Origin: Piromyces finnis finn
Lineage: Eukaryota; Fungi; Neocallimastigomycota
Reading direction: 5' to 3'
DNA length: 64,000 bases
Assembly: GCA_002104945.1 (NCBI GenBank)
Contig: MCFH01000026.1
Location: 186,001 to 250,000 of the forward strand
A model generated the notes under the pieces. That model worked only from the letters and a program-made list of their open reading frames with translations. It was not told the DNA's origin and did not search any database. The translations under genes and the position numbers were made by a program. Position 1 is the stretch's first letter, and each line of letters begins with the position of its first letter. This document shows positions 48,299-59,832 of the stretch, one piece after another.

Positions 48299-49824
48299 AT
48301 GAACGATTTACTAAAATTACCTAATGTTAATAATCCAAACTTTAATAAAGTTGGTTCTTCTAAAGATAAAAATTGTCAGGTAAAACTTTTTCAACCTCTT
48401 AATATTAAAAATGTTACCTTAAAAAATAGATTGATTGTAGCACCAATGTAAATATTTTTTATATATAATTAAAATATAGTTTTAAATTTAAAAATATAAA
48501 AAAAAAAATATTATCATTATTATTATTATTATTATACTTTTTTTCATAATTACTATATAAATTTGTTGTAATATTATATTATTTACTTTTTAATGTATAT
48601 TACATATATTATAGGTGTATTTTTAGTACTCATAGTGATGGTAAGCCAAATTCACTTCATTTAATTCATTATGGTAATTTAGCTTTACGTGGTGCTGGCT
48701 TAATTATTGTTGAAGCCACTGCCGTTCAAGAAATTGGTCGTATAACACCTTATGATCTTGGTCTTTGGTCGGATGAACAAATTGCCCCATTTAAAGCCCT
48801 TGTTGAAAATATGCATTTCCAAGGTAAAAATAAAAATAACTTTAAATATATATATGCATATATATTTAAAAAAATTTTAATATAATTTTAATAATATAGG
48901 TTCACTTGCAGGCATCCAATTGGCTCATGCTGGAAGAAAGGTAAAGTTTTTGATAAATAAATAAATTAATAATTAACGTAATTAATAATAATTACATTAT
49001 TATTAATATATTACAATTTTATTAAATAAAATAATCAAATTAATAAGGCATCTGGTCCAAATGAACTATTAAGAAATCAAAAAGGCATGTCAACTATTGA
49101 AGAAGGTGGATGGCCAGAAAAAATTGTTGCACCATCACCAATACCTGTAGATAATGATTGGGCTACACCAAATGAACTTAATAAAGAACAAATTAAACAA
49201 TTAATCAATGACTTTGCTAATGCTGCTAGAAGAGCAAATGAAGCCGGATTTGATGTTGTTGAAATTCATGCTGCACATGGTTATTTAATCCATCAATTTT
49301 TATCACCAATTACTAACAAACGTACTGATGAATATGGTGGTTCTTTTGAGAATCGTATTCGTTTATGTCTTGAAGTAATTGAAGGTATTAAAACCCAATG
49401 GCCAGCTGAGAAACCATTATTTATTCGTTTTAGTTGTACTGATTTCATTGAAAATGGTTGGAATATTCAAGAAACTGTAAAACTTTGTACTATTATTAAG
49501 AAAATGGGTATTGATGTTGTAGATTGTTCTGCTGGTGCTCTTGATGGTCGTCTTCAAAATCTTCCACCATTAGTTCCAGGTTATCAAGTTCCATATGCTC
49601 ATGAAGTAAAAAAACAAAATCCAGATATGTTAGTTACCGCTGTTGGTTTAATTACAAATGGTAAGCAAGCTGAAGAAATTTTACAAAATGATTATGCAGA
49701 TGCTATTACAGTAGGTAGATCATTTTTAAGAGATTCTTCCACTGTTTTGAATTGGGCCGATGAACTTGGAGTTGATATTGAATGGCCATGCCAATACAGT
49801 CGTGCTAGAATAAGCAAAAACTAA
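48299..49824 (+). CDS. NADH:flavin oxidoreductase / Old Yellow Enzyme family (YqjM/NamA-like), 4 exons
   Basis: Exons ~48299-48447, 48615-48823, 48900-48940 and 49048-49824 (GT-AG). Motifs: LKNRLIVAPMC, GAGLIIVEATAV, GIQLAHAGRKAS, GFDVVEIHAAHGYLIHQFLSPITNKRTDEYGGSFENR and a C-terminal QYSRA. Confidence 0.93.
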
Positions 49825-50425
49825 TTTCTGAAAAATAAATATATTGTAAATGTATTCTTTTTAATCATCAATGAATAGAAATAAATGTATTATTAAACAA
49901 AATGAAAATTTAAAATTAATAATAATAAAAAAAATAAAATAAAATGTAACATAAAAGGATGTATATATAAATTTATATGTATTAGTAAAGAAAAATAAAT
50001 AATAAAAATAAGATTTAAATTTAAATATATATTTAATGATTATAATTTAAGCTATAAAAAGATATGTCATAATTAATAGACAGTTTTTATTACCAAATAC
50101 AATATTTATAATATTTATGATAAAGAAATATAATAATATATATATTGTGCAACTTATTAATTTTAATAACAATAATTAATAATATTTATATATTATTTAA
50201 CAATATCTAATAAAGTTTATATTATTATTACATATATAATTTAAAATTTTACTATTTATTTTAGCACTTTAATAATTTTAGTTTATACTAATTATTTATT
50301 AATATTATGTTCAATTAAAATAAATAAATACTCTTACATAATATAATATTTATAAGATTATGTAATTGTTTGTTTTATTAATAAATGAATATCTTAATAT
50401 AAATAAAAAAATATAAAGATTAAAA

Positions 50426-50497
50426 TGGAGAGTGAGTGATTCAAACACCCAACCTTCCGCTCTGGAGGCGGACGCGCTACCGTTGCGCCAACCCTCC
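50426..50497 (-). tRNA. tRNA-Trp(CCA), second copy with a C56T change in the T loop/B box (possible pseudogene)
   Basis: Identical to 46991..47062 except that the T loop reads TTTGAAT instead of TTCGAAT. Confidence 0.85.
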
Positions 50498-50513
50498 TTT
50501 CTTAATTTTTGTT

Positions 50514-51371
50514 TGTTAAGGAATGAACATAAATAGTTGAATTAGCTAGAATTTTAGGAATTAACCTTCAACTATTTATATTCCTTACTAGTGTTTAACT
50601 CTATTTTTAAAATATAAAAATTATAATATATAATTTTTATACATTTTTCTAGTAATTATTAATATTTTTATTATATAGTTATATTATTTGTATATAGTTA
50701 TTTAAGACCTTTATTATTAGTATTAGTATAATTACTTATAATATTTTATACTTATAAATTTTACAAAATTTTATTATTAAAATAGTTATAGGTATTTTAT
50801 TATTATTTAAGGTTTATTTTATTAATTAACTTTATTGTATAATATTTTATAATTTGAAATTATGACATAGAATTTAATTATAATTTTTACTAAAAGAGGC
50901 AACTGTTACACACAAAACAGAAGATACCTCGACAGAAAAATTATTATTTATGTCTAAAAAAGGGCATAATTAATTGAATAATATAATTTTATTATATGTC
51001 ATAATTAAATATATAATATATGATATGCAAAAATGTTACACATATCATAAATTAAAATTTTATTAATTATAAATTAAAAATTTTTCTATTCAAATATTAA
51101 GAGATTATTCATAATATATATTAAGGATTTAATTAATATATGTTACAGTGAATGATCCATATATTATGAATGAAATCAATTTAAATCCTTAGCTATCCAA
51201 AACCATTAAATTTCAAATAATGGATAGTTGGAAAAAGTACGAGGATTTTTGAGAAAAATTTTAAAAATTGAAAAATCAAAAATAAATTAAATGAATAAAA
51301 ATTAAAATTAAATAAATTTTTATTTTTATAACTATTCAAGTGTTTTGTGATATCTTATTTGAACCGTAGCA
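50514..51371 (+). mobile_element. Solo LTR D (858 bp), a relative of the family C LTR, 16 bp upstream of the second tRNA-Trp
   Basis: Starts TGTTAAGGAA and ends GAACCGTAGCA (family C: TGTTAAGGAA...GAACCGTAACA). 4-bp TSD TGTT (50510-50513, 51372-51375). Confidence 0.85.
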
Positions 51372-53080
51372 TGTTGATAAATAATGAAATTAATAAATAT
51401 AAAATTATTATTAAACCTGATTTTTAAGTTAACCCTAAAAGTAACTTAAAACAAGTTATAGTTTAATTAAGTACTTTACCAAAATTCTTAAATAAAATTA
51501 ATCCTAAACACTGCATATATTTTGATTATTGAAAGAAAATAATAAACTTTAATTAATCGAGATCAAAATATATAACTTTTGTTAAATTAATTGTTAAATT
51601 AAATATTTAATAACTTCGTTAGTAAATTACACTTTAAAAGTAAACAAATATAATAATTCATGTTATAAAATAATATAATTAAACACCTTTATTAAAACAT
51701 TAAAAATAATTATTACTTTAATTAATTGTAAAATAAACAACTTTTTATATTCTTTAACTTTTAATTATTTCTTTTATTGTTATTTCTAATTACTTTTATT
51801 GTAAATAGTTATTAATTTTATTGTTTTAATGTAAATAGTTTAAATTCAAAAGAAAATATAAATACATGTAAATATTCTTATTTTAATCATTATTATTATT
51901 ATTAATATTATTAATAAAGAAATATTATATAGTTAGATTAATATTTTATAATTTTAATAATCACTTTTATACTTAAATAAATAAAATTTTAAATATTTAA
52001 ATATTAGAAAAACAAGTGTTTCTAATAAAACAATTAAGTGTTTTAACAAAACAATTTTATTAATTTTTATAAAAACGATTTTAAATCTTAATCAATATAA
52101 CTTATATAGTTATAACAAAAGATATAATATAATAATCACTTTTTGAAGTAAAATTCAAAATTAAGATTATTATCAAATTATATCAATGGTCCTTCGAACC
52201 GGAGAATCAAAATAAGGTAAATATATAAATTTTCTTTATATAAAAATTTCATATAGAATAGTAAAATATTCTATGAAATTAATTAAATAATAGTATAAAA
52301 TAGATAGTTAATAGAATAGTTAAATATTCTCAATATTTTATCTATTTAGAAATTATAACTTATTAAATAATAAAATAATATTAAAATAATAAATCAATAT
52401 TCAATATTGAAATATTATTTAAATATTATTAAATCAATATTAAAATAAAATAAATAAATTATAATACTTAATAGTATAGTATTAATATAGTATATTAAGA
52501 GTTGTTTAATTTAGGTTTATAATTATGTCAACTTTATTATTATATTTTATGATAAAGAACTACTTGCGTTACATTCTTCTCAAACTACATGTATTTATAC
52601 ATTTACATTGTGGCTTAAACATATAATCAAATACAATATATACAAATACGTTTTAATACATTTCAATACATTTGAATACATGTGACATAACGTTTCACAT
52701 ATTCTAACATTCCCCCTCAAACCTAATTTTCTACTAAGTAAAATTTGGTTTGCTGGTGAATATGTGCATTTTATTATTTCTAAACTATTAACTATAAACT
52801 AAATCTAATGTTTAAAATTTTTATATTTCATTAATTGGAATTTAAAATATTTCACATATATTATTCGCTAATTGCTTTAAAGAATTTAAATATTACCCTA
52901 TAACTTCGTTTTTATGGATAAACTGAAAACCTTTGTATAATTGGGTAGTATTAAAGTTTAAAATTTAGATTGGATATTCATAAATTGTTATACCATCCAT
53001 TAAGGATTGAAAACCCTTCCGGTTTTACATTATCCTATAAACTATATTGGTAATCTCTCTGAGATTTACACAGAATTATA

Positions 53081-53315
53081 GACAACACATGGTTTATCTC
53101 TTTGATTTTACGTCCTTATGACAACGCATGGTTTACCTCTTTGGTTTTACGTTTTCTTAACAACTCATGGTTAACCTTTGATTTTACGTCCTTATGACAA
53201 CACATATGGATAACTCTTTTTGGTTTTACGTTCTCTTAACAACCTATGGTTAATCTTCTTGGTTTTACGTTCTTCGGACAACCTATGGATAACTCTCTGG
53301 TTTTATGTCCTTATA
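53081..53315. repeat. Six degenerate tandem repeats of ~38-43 bp inside element I
   Basis: Unit gacaac(a/c)catggtt(t/a)a(t/c)ctctt(t)g(a/g)ttttacgt(c/t)ctta repeated head to tail. Confidence 0.85.
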
Positions 53316-55279
53316 ACTACAATTTTCTTTAGAATATTAGCATAATTGTATTTCAATCTATTTGTAAATACTAATTAATAATGGTAAAATTTTAATTAAA
53401 TTCTTAATAGTTATTTAGTTTATGTATATTGAATTTTAACATTTTCTTTTAGGTGTTTTTCCTTCCTTTTATGCCTTTTGTATTGATTAATTATTCTTAT
53501 AATATTTAAGAATATTTTACTTTGTATTTGAAATTTTGTTCTTTTCATTTTTACATATTGAATATTGAATCTTATAAATTTTTACATTTGAATTTCAATT
53601 CATTCTATTTATTAAGCCTTAGTTTCTATGCAATGTTTTAGTTATTTCCAATGTTTAACTAGAAACAAAAATTATTATCTTGAATTTTAAATTTCGTATA
53701 TTCACTACTTCCCCCTCAAATCTAGATGTTTAGTAATAAATATTTAGATTTGAAAATGAGAAATTTAAATTTCATAAAATTTCATTCATTTTGCATCAAA
53801 TTTTCATAATAATGAATAATTTTCCATAACATATACGATAAGTATTAATACCTATATAAATAATAAATAACATATTCTAATGTTTTCATTCATTTTTCTC
53901 AATTGCTTATCCTTTAAAATATAGTGAAATAATATTTTCATGATAATATATTTTAATGTAGTGATAATCATAGAATATCAAACTAATGAATAAAATATTC
54001 CTCAATTATGTATTTCTTTACTTCAAATTAAAATAAGTAGATATACCAGTAAAATTATAACAAGTTAATATTGTAAGATAATGACATTTAAAATATCGAT
54101 TGTTGAAGAGAATAAAGTTCTTCTAAATTATATCGAAGTCGGCTCGGTTAATTAGAATGTCAGCTAATTGGTCGGCGATCACTCACTACGTTGAAAGTGG
54201 TGATTTATATATGAGGTTACTAAATCACCGTAAATTATATTTTAAAACGGCGTCACAACATTCTTGAATGTTGGTAATAAATAAATATGATGAATCAATG
54301 TCATCTAAATCTAAGGAGCCCTTACTATGAAGGTGCTACATTGTTATTGATGGGACCAAATTAAATATATATAGGTCTAAAACCATCATTAATAATTATC
54401 TATGAATATAACTCATTTCACGCTAAGTTAAATCATGATAAGTTGTTAAAATATTATTGAATATACCCATTTCACGCTAGGTTATTCAAAGTATATATAT
54501 ATGTAGAATATGCGCATTTCACGCTAAGTATTTCTAACTTTAATAAATTACCTCATTTGAAATATTTGCTATGTATATTAGCAATAACAGCCTACGGGAT
54601 GAGCATTTGACCAGTAATATATTTGCTTTATAGGTAGCAATAATTTAAATAATGCTTTTGAGGCTAAATATTATCTTAAAGTATTGTTATAATGATTTAA
54701 TTCAAAGAATAGTATACTGGATTAAATTATATAATACTGATTTGAGTGAAATTATCATAAAGAAATTGATTGACATTTTCACAAGGATAGTTTCAATGTT
54801 CATTGCATAATTTCATTACAATAGGATATTTTATACAAACTTATCAAATAATGTTTAATTATTCTAATTCATGTTTCTAATTGTATAAATTTTATGTATT
54901 TTCTTTATGTTCTATCTTTCCTCTATGGCGGAAAGAATATTTTCTCATTAAAATAGTAGTAGTTAAAGTATTTGAATATTTCACAAACAATTTATTTACT
55001 TGAAATAAATATGTATGCTATACTTTCAATAACAATAATGCTATTTTATGAATGTTAATAAAACTAGTTCTTTTGAAAATAAGATGAAATATTGGTAAAT
55101 ATATGTAATTATGTGTTCATGAATATTTGTGAATGGATATTTTAATAACTGGATATATGAATATTTAATGTTATTGTATGTAAATTGACATAATGAGTAG
55201 ATCAATATCAAGTTGAATAATCTTCATGCTATATAATAAACTTTATATCTTCCTAAATTATATTTTAACTATTTTCTTG

Positions 55280-56075
55280 TCAGAAGTGAGTTCTTTGACA
55301 AATAAATTTAACAACATCTATATATGGTCTTAATAGTTCTGGAACAATTAAAACATTTTCGGTTTGATAGTTTTCGAGAGTACAGAAAAAAGTACGTCCG
55401 TTAGCACAAAGAGTACCGTTTAATAAGTAAACGTAGTTCTTAACATGGGAGTTCATCTTCTTAACACCAAACATGTTACCTAAGTTTCTAGATTGGTAAT
55501 CAGTATAGTTACGACAACTATCTAATTCCTTGTATTCAGGTTGGAATGGAAAATAAGCTTAAAGATCGTGTTTCTTAGTAGCAGCATTGTTTATGACATC
55601 AGAAACAATGGCAATAACGTGATATGGAAGTTTAAGAGATTGGTAGAAATCTTCAGTAGTACTAATTAATTGTTCTAATTCTTCCCAGCTCTTTTCTGAT
55701 TGACAAAAAATGGATTGATCAATCTTTTCGAATTAGTTAATGCTGGAAAAGACCCTAAGTATTTTTTGCTGTGAGCACCAGCTTTCTTTTTGAAACAAAT
55801 TGAATAACTAGCATCTCTGGCTAATAATTACTTTTCTGGTTCACTGAACCATTCACCTCTATAGAAAGTACTCATTGGTTGTTCACTAACATTTTGGTTC
55901 TGGATTATCATTAACTTTAGAAACCATGTATAATTCTTCATCAACATCAGATAATTGAGCTGTCTTGGTTATAACATCACTCTTCATAAGGAGTGGAATT
56001 AAAATCTTTCTGTAACCACGCTTCTTAAGGAAATATAAACCATATAGGATTTCTAATTTCATCAGTGTTAAGATC
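55280..56075 (-). pseudogene. Seryl-tRNA synthetase (cytosolic type) C-terminal-half pseudogene fragment inside element I
   Basis: Colinear decayed motifs: YGLYFLKKRGY, KTAQLSDVDEELY, SEQPMS, KEAGAHSK, EKSWEE, EDFYQSLKLPYHV, NNAATKKHDL, YKELDSCRNYTDYQSRNL and YLLNGTLCA...LENYQTE..LIVPELLRPY. These match the order of eukaryotic SerRS (yeast SES1) motifs as I recall them. Stops and frameshifts are present; no intron is evident. Confidence 0.85.
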
Positions 56076-57248
56076 CTTATCGGAGATATTACATATTACA
56101 ATTTTCAATATATATCATAATTGATAAATACTAATTTTCATAATTGTGTTCTCATATCCTTTCTTTAGATAATGGATGTAGAGATCTTTATAAAATTTTG
56201 CTTTATTATAGAATTAATATGGAATGCTAGGAAATATTCTTTTTGTTACATAAATTTTAAAATTATCCTGATAAATAATCTAAGCTTAAGGAACTTATTT
56301 ATTCAAATTTCACATATTATATTCTTAATGTTAATACTACTATATCATATCTTCTTGAGAATAGAAGTTTTGTTACTATTGATATTATGTCTATATTCAA
56401 GGAATATTAAATTTACTGAAAGCTTTTTGTAGTTTACTATTGACGATTTGTTTTAAGCTACAAAGTTATCAAATCAATATAGTGATATAGGTATTGTTCC
56501 TTGGGGGTTTAAGCTATTTATTTATATTTAATTTGATTTGTATATTTTCTGAGTTTATTGAATTCAAAATAATTTAAATTTTAATAATTTACTAGTTTTT
56601 CGGAAATTTAATGTTTGAATTCTATCATTGTAGATTAACTTATATCATATTAGAAAATATACTACTTTCTATGTTTTATTTATCAGATTGATTATTTCCT
56701 TATTTTCTATATTAAGTTACTTCGAATCTTTTATTTATGGCGAAAATAATATTTCAATCTTAAAATTTTGAAATCTCAAATTTTAGATCTCAAGATAATT
56801 TTATCAAACATAGAAAATTTCAGATTAAATAATTTAGTTCTGATAGTTAGAATTTCCTACAGTTTTCTCCTATGACAAAATGTCATATCCGGTGGTTTGA
56901 TTCATCTTTCAGAAAATCATTTGAGAATTAATGAGATTCTCTCTTGAGAGTCTTGAGACTCTTAATCTATTAAGAGTTGTTTAATTTAGGTTTATAATTA
57001 TGTCAACTTTATTATTATATTTTAAGATAAAGAACTACTTGCGTTACATTCTTCTCAAACTACATGTATTTATACATTTACATTGTGGCTTAAACATATA
57101 ATCAAATACAATATATACAAATACGTTTTAATACATTTCAATACATTTGAATACATGTGACATAACGTTTCACATATTCTAACATAGTAAATTGATATAT
57201 AAACATTATATATTAGATAAAATATATAGATATTTTAAATAAGAAAAG

Positions 57249-57295
<47 letters not shown>

Positions 57296-57499
57296 GTATA
57301 GAAAAATTATTAGATAAATAGATTGATAATATTATAAATAAGATAGTTGAAAGAATTAATTATAATAATAAAATAGGTATATATACATTAGATATATATA
57401 CATAAAAATAAATATATAATAAAAATAAATCAAAATAATAATAAATAAAGATTTAAGTATATATATATAAAAAATATATATACACCAAACAAACCAAAA

Positions 57500-57530
<31 letters not shown>

Positions 57531-58863
57531 ATAAAACTTTATAAATAAAAATACTTGTAAAAATATACTAGGAGCGTATAGAGCTCATATACAGAGTTTC
57601 AGTGTATAATTAACTAGTTTCAGTTGGTTAGAAACTATAGCTGTTAATCACTGAAGTATTTGTAAAAGTAGGACGAGTGTGAATAGCACGCTTACTTGGG
57701 GGAAGGGATTGTTAGTGTGATAAAAAGCACGCAATACAGGACTCTCAAGTTGAATACTTTTGTGAACTCTGGCGAATAAGGAACTTTAGTCACCGAAGGC
57801 TAAAGGTTTGTCGTAAAGCGACATAAAAATATATAGTTTAAATTTATTTTGAGGTCTAGTATATCACCTCTAGTTAGTAGCTTTTGCCGGTTAATTAAAT
57901 TGTTGTAAGGCACTAAAAAGCGAAAAATAAATCCTGTAAATAAAGTTTTATATTTAATTATTTTTTTTTAAAAGAAAAAGAAATACATAAATTATAATTA
58001 TAAATTAATAATTATAATTTATAAATTAAAGATAAAAATTATTTAATAAAAATTATAAAATATAATCATCGGTCAAATAAAATTAAAAGTATTGTTATAA
58101 ATTTTAAATAATAAAAGCAATAATATTGAGTTGTCTTTTTAGTTAATTTTCAGCGAAAAATAACTTTTGTTTATCTTTTCGGTTAATTAATTACTAAGAT
58201 AATTAAAGTGTTTTATAGTAAGATAGTAAGTTAGTAAGAGTGCAGTTTTATCACATATCGTGGGGGAGTAGAGCGCTAACTAATAAGTAAATATTACACC
58301 ACTTAATATTTATGACGGTTAGTTAGTGGAGGTCGAAAGGCACGGTGACGAAACTGTCGGGTACTCTGAAGGTACTATAATAACATAATCAATATTATTT
58401 TCTGCTTTATAATAAAGAAATAAAAATAAACATCCTACTCTAAATTAAATATTTTTTTTTAACAATACTAATATAAATAACTTAATATAAATAAAATATA
58501 TTCTTAACATTTTCTCAAAAAAAAATAAAATCTTCTTAATTACAATAAAACTAAAGCAAGTGTCTACAAGTAACAACCGATTACTCCTTTTATATTACAT
58601 TATATAAACGTTATATAAGATTATATTTTATTAATAACAGTAATAAATAAAATACCTGTAAATAAAATTATATTATTGTAAATAAAGACTATTGTAAATA
58701 AAAACATATTACTGTACTTATAACTAAATTATTGTAAATAAAGATTGTTGTAAATAAAAACATATTATTGTTCTTATAACTAAATTATTGAGAATAAATA
58801 AAAATTGAGTTTTTAAATAAAATATTAAAATAAAATTAAATAAAATAAAAATAATAAGTAATA

Positions 58864-59832
58864 ATGGATAATACTACTAAAGGTATTACCTTTAATAGAA
58901 TACCTATTTTGGGTTCAACAAAGGTTGAATTTGATGATTGGGAATTTTCTTTCAAACATTGGTGTAATTTATATAAGGTACCAGAACAAGAAAAGTTAGA
59001 ATACCTTATATCATTAACTACAGGTACAGCTAGAACAATTGTAGTTAATGCATTAAATAAAGAAACACCAGATGATTATAATACCATCATCAAAAACCTT
59101 AAAAGTCATTTTAAAGGTTCAGTACCAAAGAATTCTAGATTATTAGAATTGTCTACTATTACAATAAAGAAAAATGAAAGTGTATCTGAATTCAATATTA
59201 AATTTGACTCTTTAATAAATAAAACAAACTTAAAAATGTCAAATGAAATCATATTTTCCTACTATATTAATGCTTTTAGAAACCTTACTAAAACTTACGA
59301 AGCACTTTTAGAAGCTGAACCAAAAAGTTTAGAAGAAGCCAGAAACATTACTATTAAGAAAGAGAAAATTTTCAATATAGTTGAAGAAAATAGACCAAAA
59401 ATAAGAACTTCCATTAGTTCTAGAAGGTCTCCAAATGATAATAATGCTCAAAGAAATAATGATAGAGCATATTCAAATAATTTTAATAGTTATAACCGAA
59501 TGAATAACAATAACACTACTCAAAATAGTTTTAAAAATTATAATAATAGAAATTATACTAATAACTACAGAAATAATAATTATAATAGTAATATTCAAAA
59601 TAATAACTACAATAATGATAACAATAATTATTCAAGATTTAATAATATTAATCAAAACGTTGAGCAAAGAAGAAGTACCTTAAAATACCCACAAAATAAT
59701 GATGATGAGTTAAAAGAAATAACTCAAAAGCTTGCTGACCTAAAAATTAATGTTTGCTTAAATTGTAAAAGAATAGGTCATACTACGAATGATTGTCCAG
59801 AATTAGATGACGAATACAATCATTTAAACTAA
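58864..59832 (+). CDS. Element E Gag
   Basis: 322-aa ORF with an Asn-rich region and a C-terminal CLNCKRIGHTTNDC knuckle. Confidence 0.9.
   Translation: MDNTTKGITFNRIPILGSTKVEFDDWEFSFKHWCNLYKVPEQEKLEYLISLTTGTARTIVVNALNKETPDDYNTIIKNLKSHFKGSVPKNSRLLELSTITIKKNESVSEFNIKFDSLINKTNLKMSNEIIFSYYINAFRNLTKTYEALLEAEPKSLEEARNITIKKEKIFNIVEENRPKIRTSISSRRSPNDNNAQRNNDRAYSNNFNSYNRMNNNNTTQNSFKNYNNRNYTNNYRNNNYNSNIQNNNYNNDNNNYSRFNNINQNVEQRRSTLKYPQNNDDELKEITQKLADLKINVCLNCKRIGHTTNDCPELDDEYNHLN

Larger units (their letters stand above)
52493..57184 (-). mobile_element. Element I: non-autonomous Ty1/copia-type element carrying a captured gene fragment
   Basis: 217-bp LTRs at 52493..52709 and 56968..57184; TSD TAGTA (52488-52492, 57185-57189). 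Copia-style PPT TTGAGGGGGAA (minus strand, at 52710). Decayed RNase H motif DQLADIL at ~54130-54180. No long ORF. Confidence 0.85.

Noticed and set aside
53081-53315. Possible CRISPR array
   Set aside because: Units are adjacent degenerate tandem repeats with no unique spacers; the context is eukaryotic and no cas genes are present.
58330-58372. Hammerhead-like CGAAAC..GTC..CTGAAGG in the element E leader
   Set aside because: Stem III would need a 1-nt loop and the core does not match CUGANGA.
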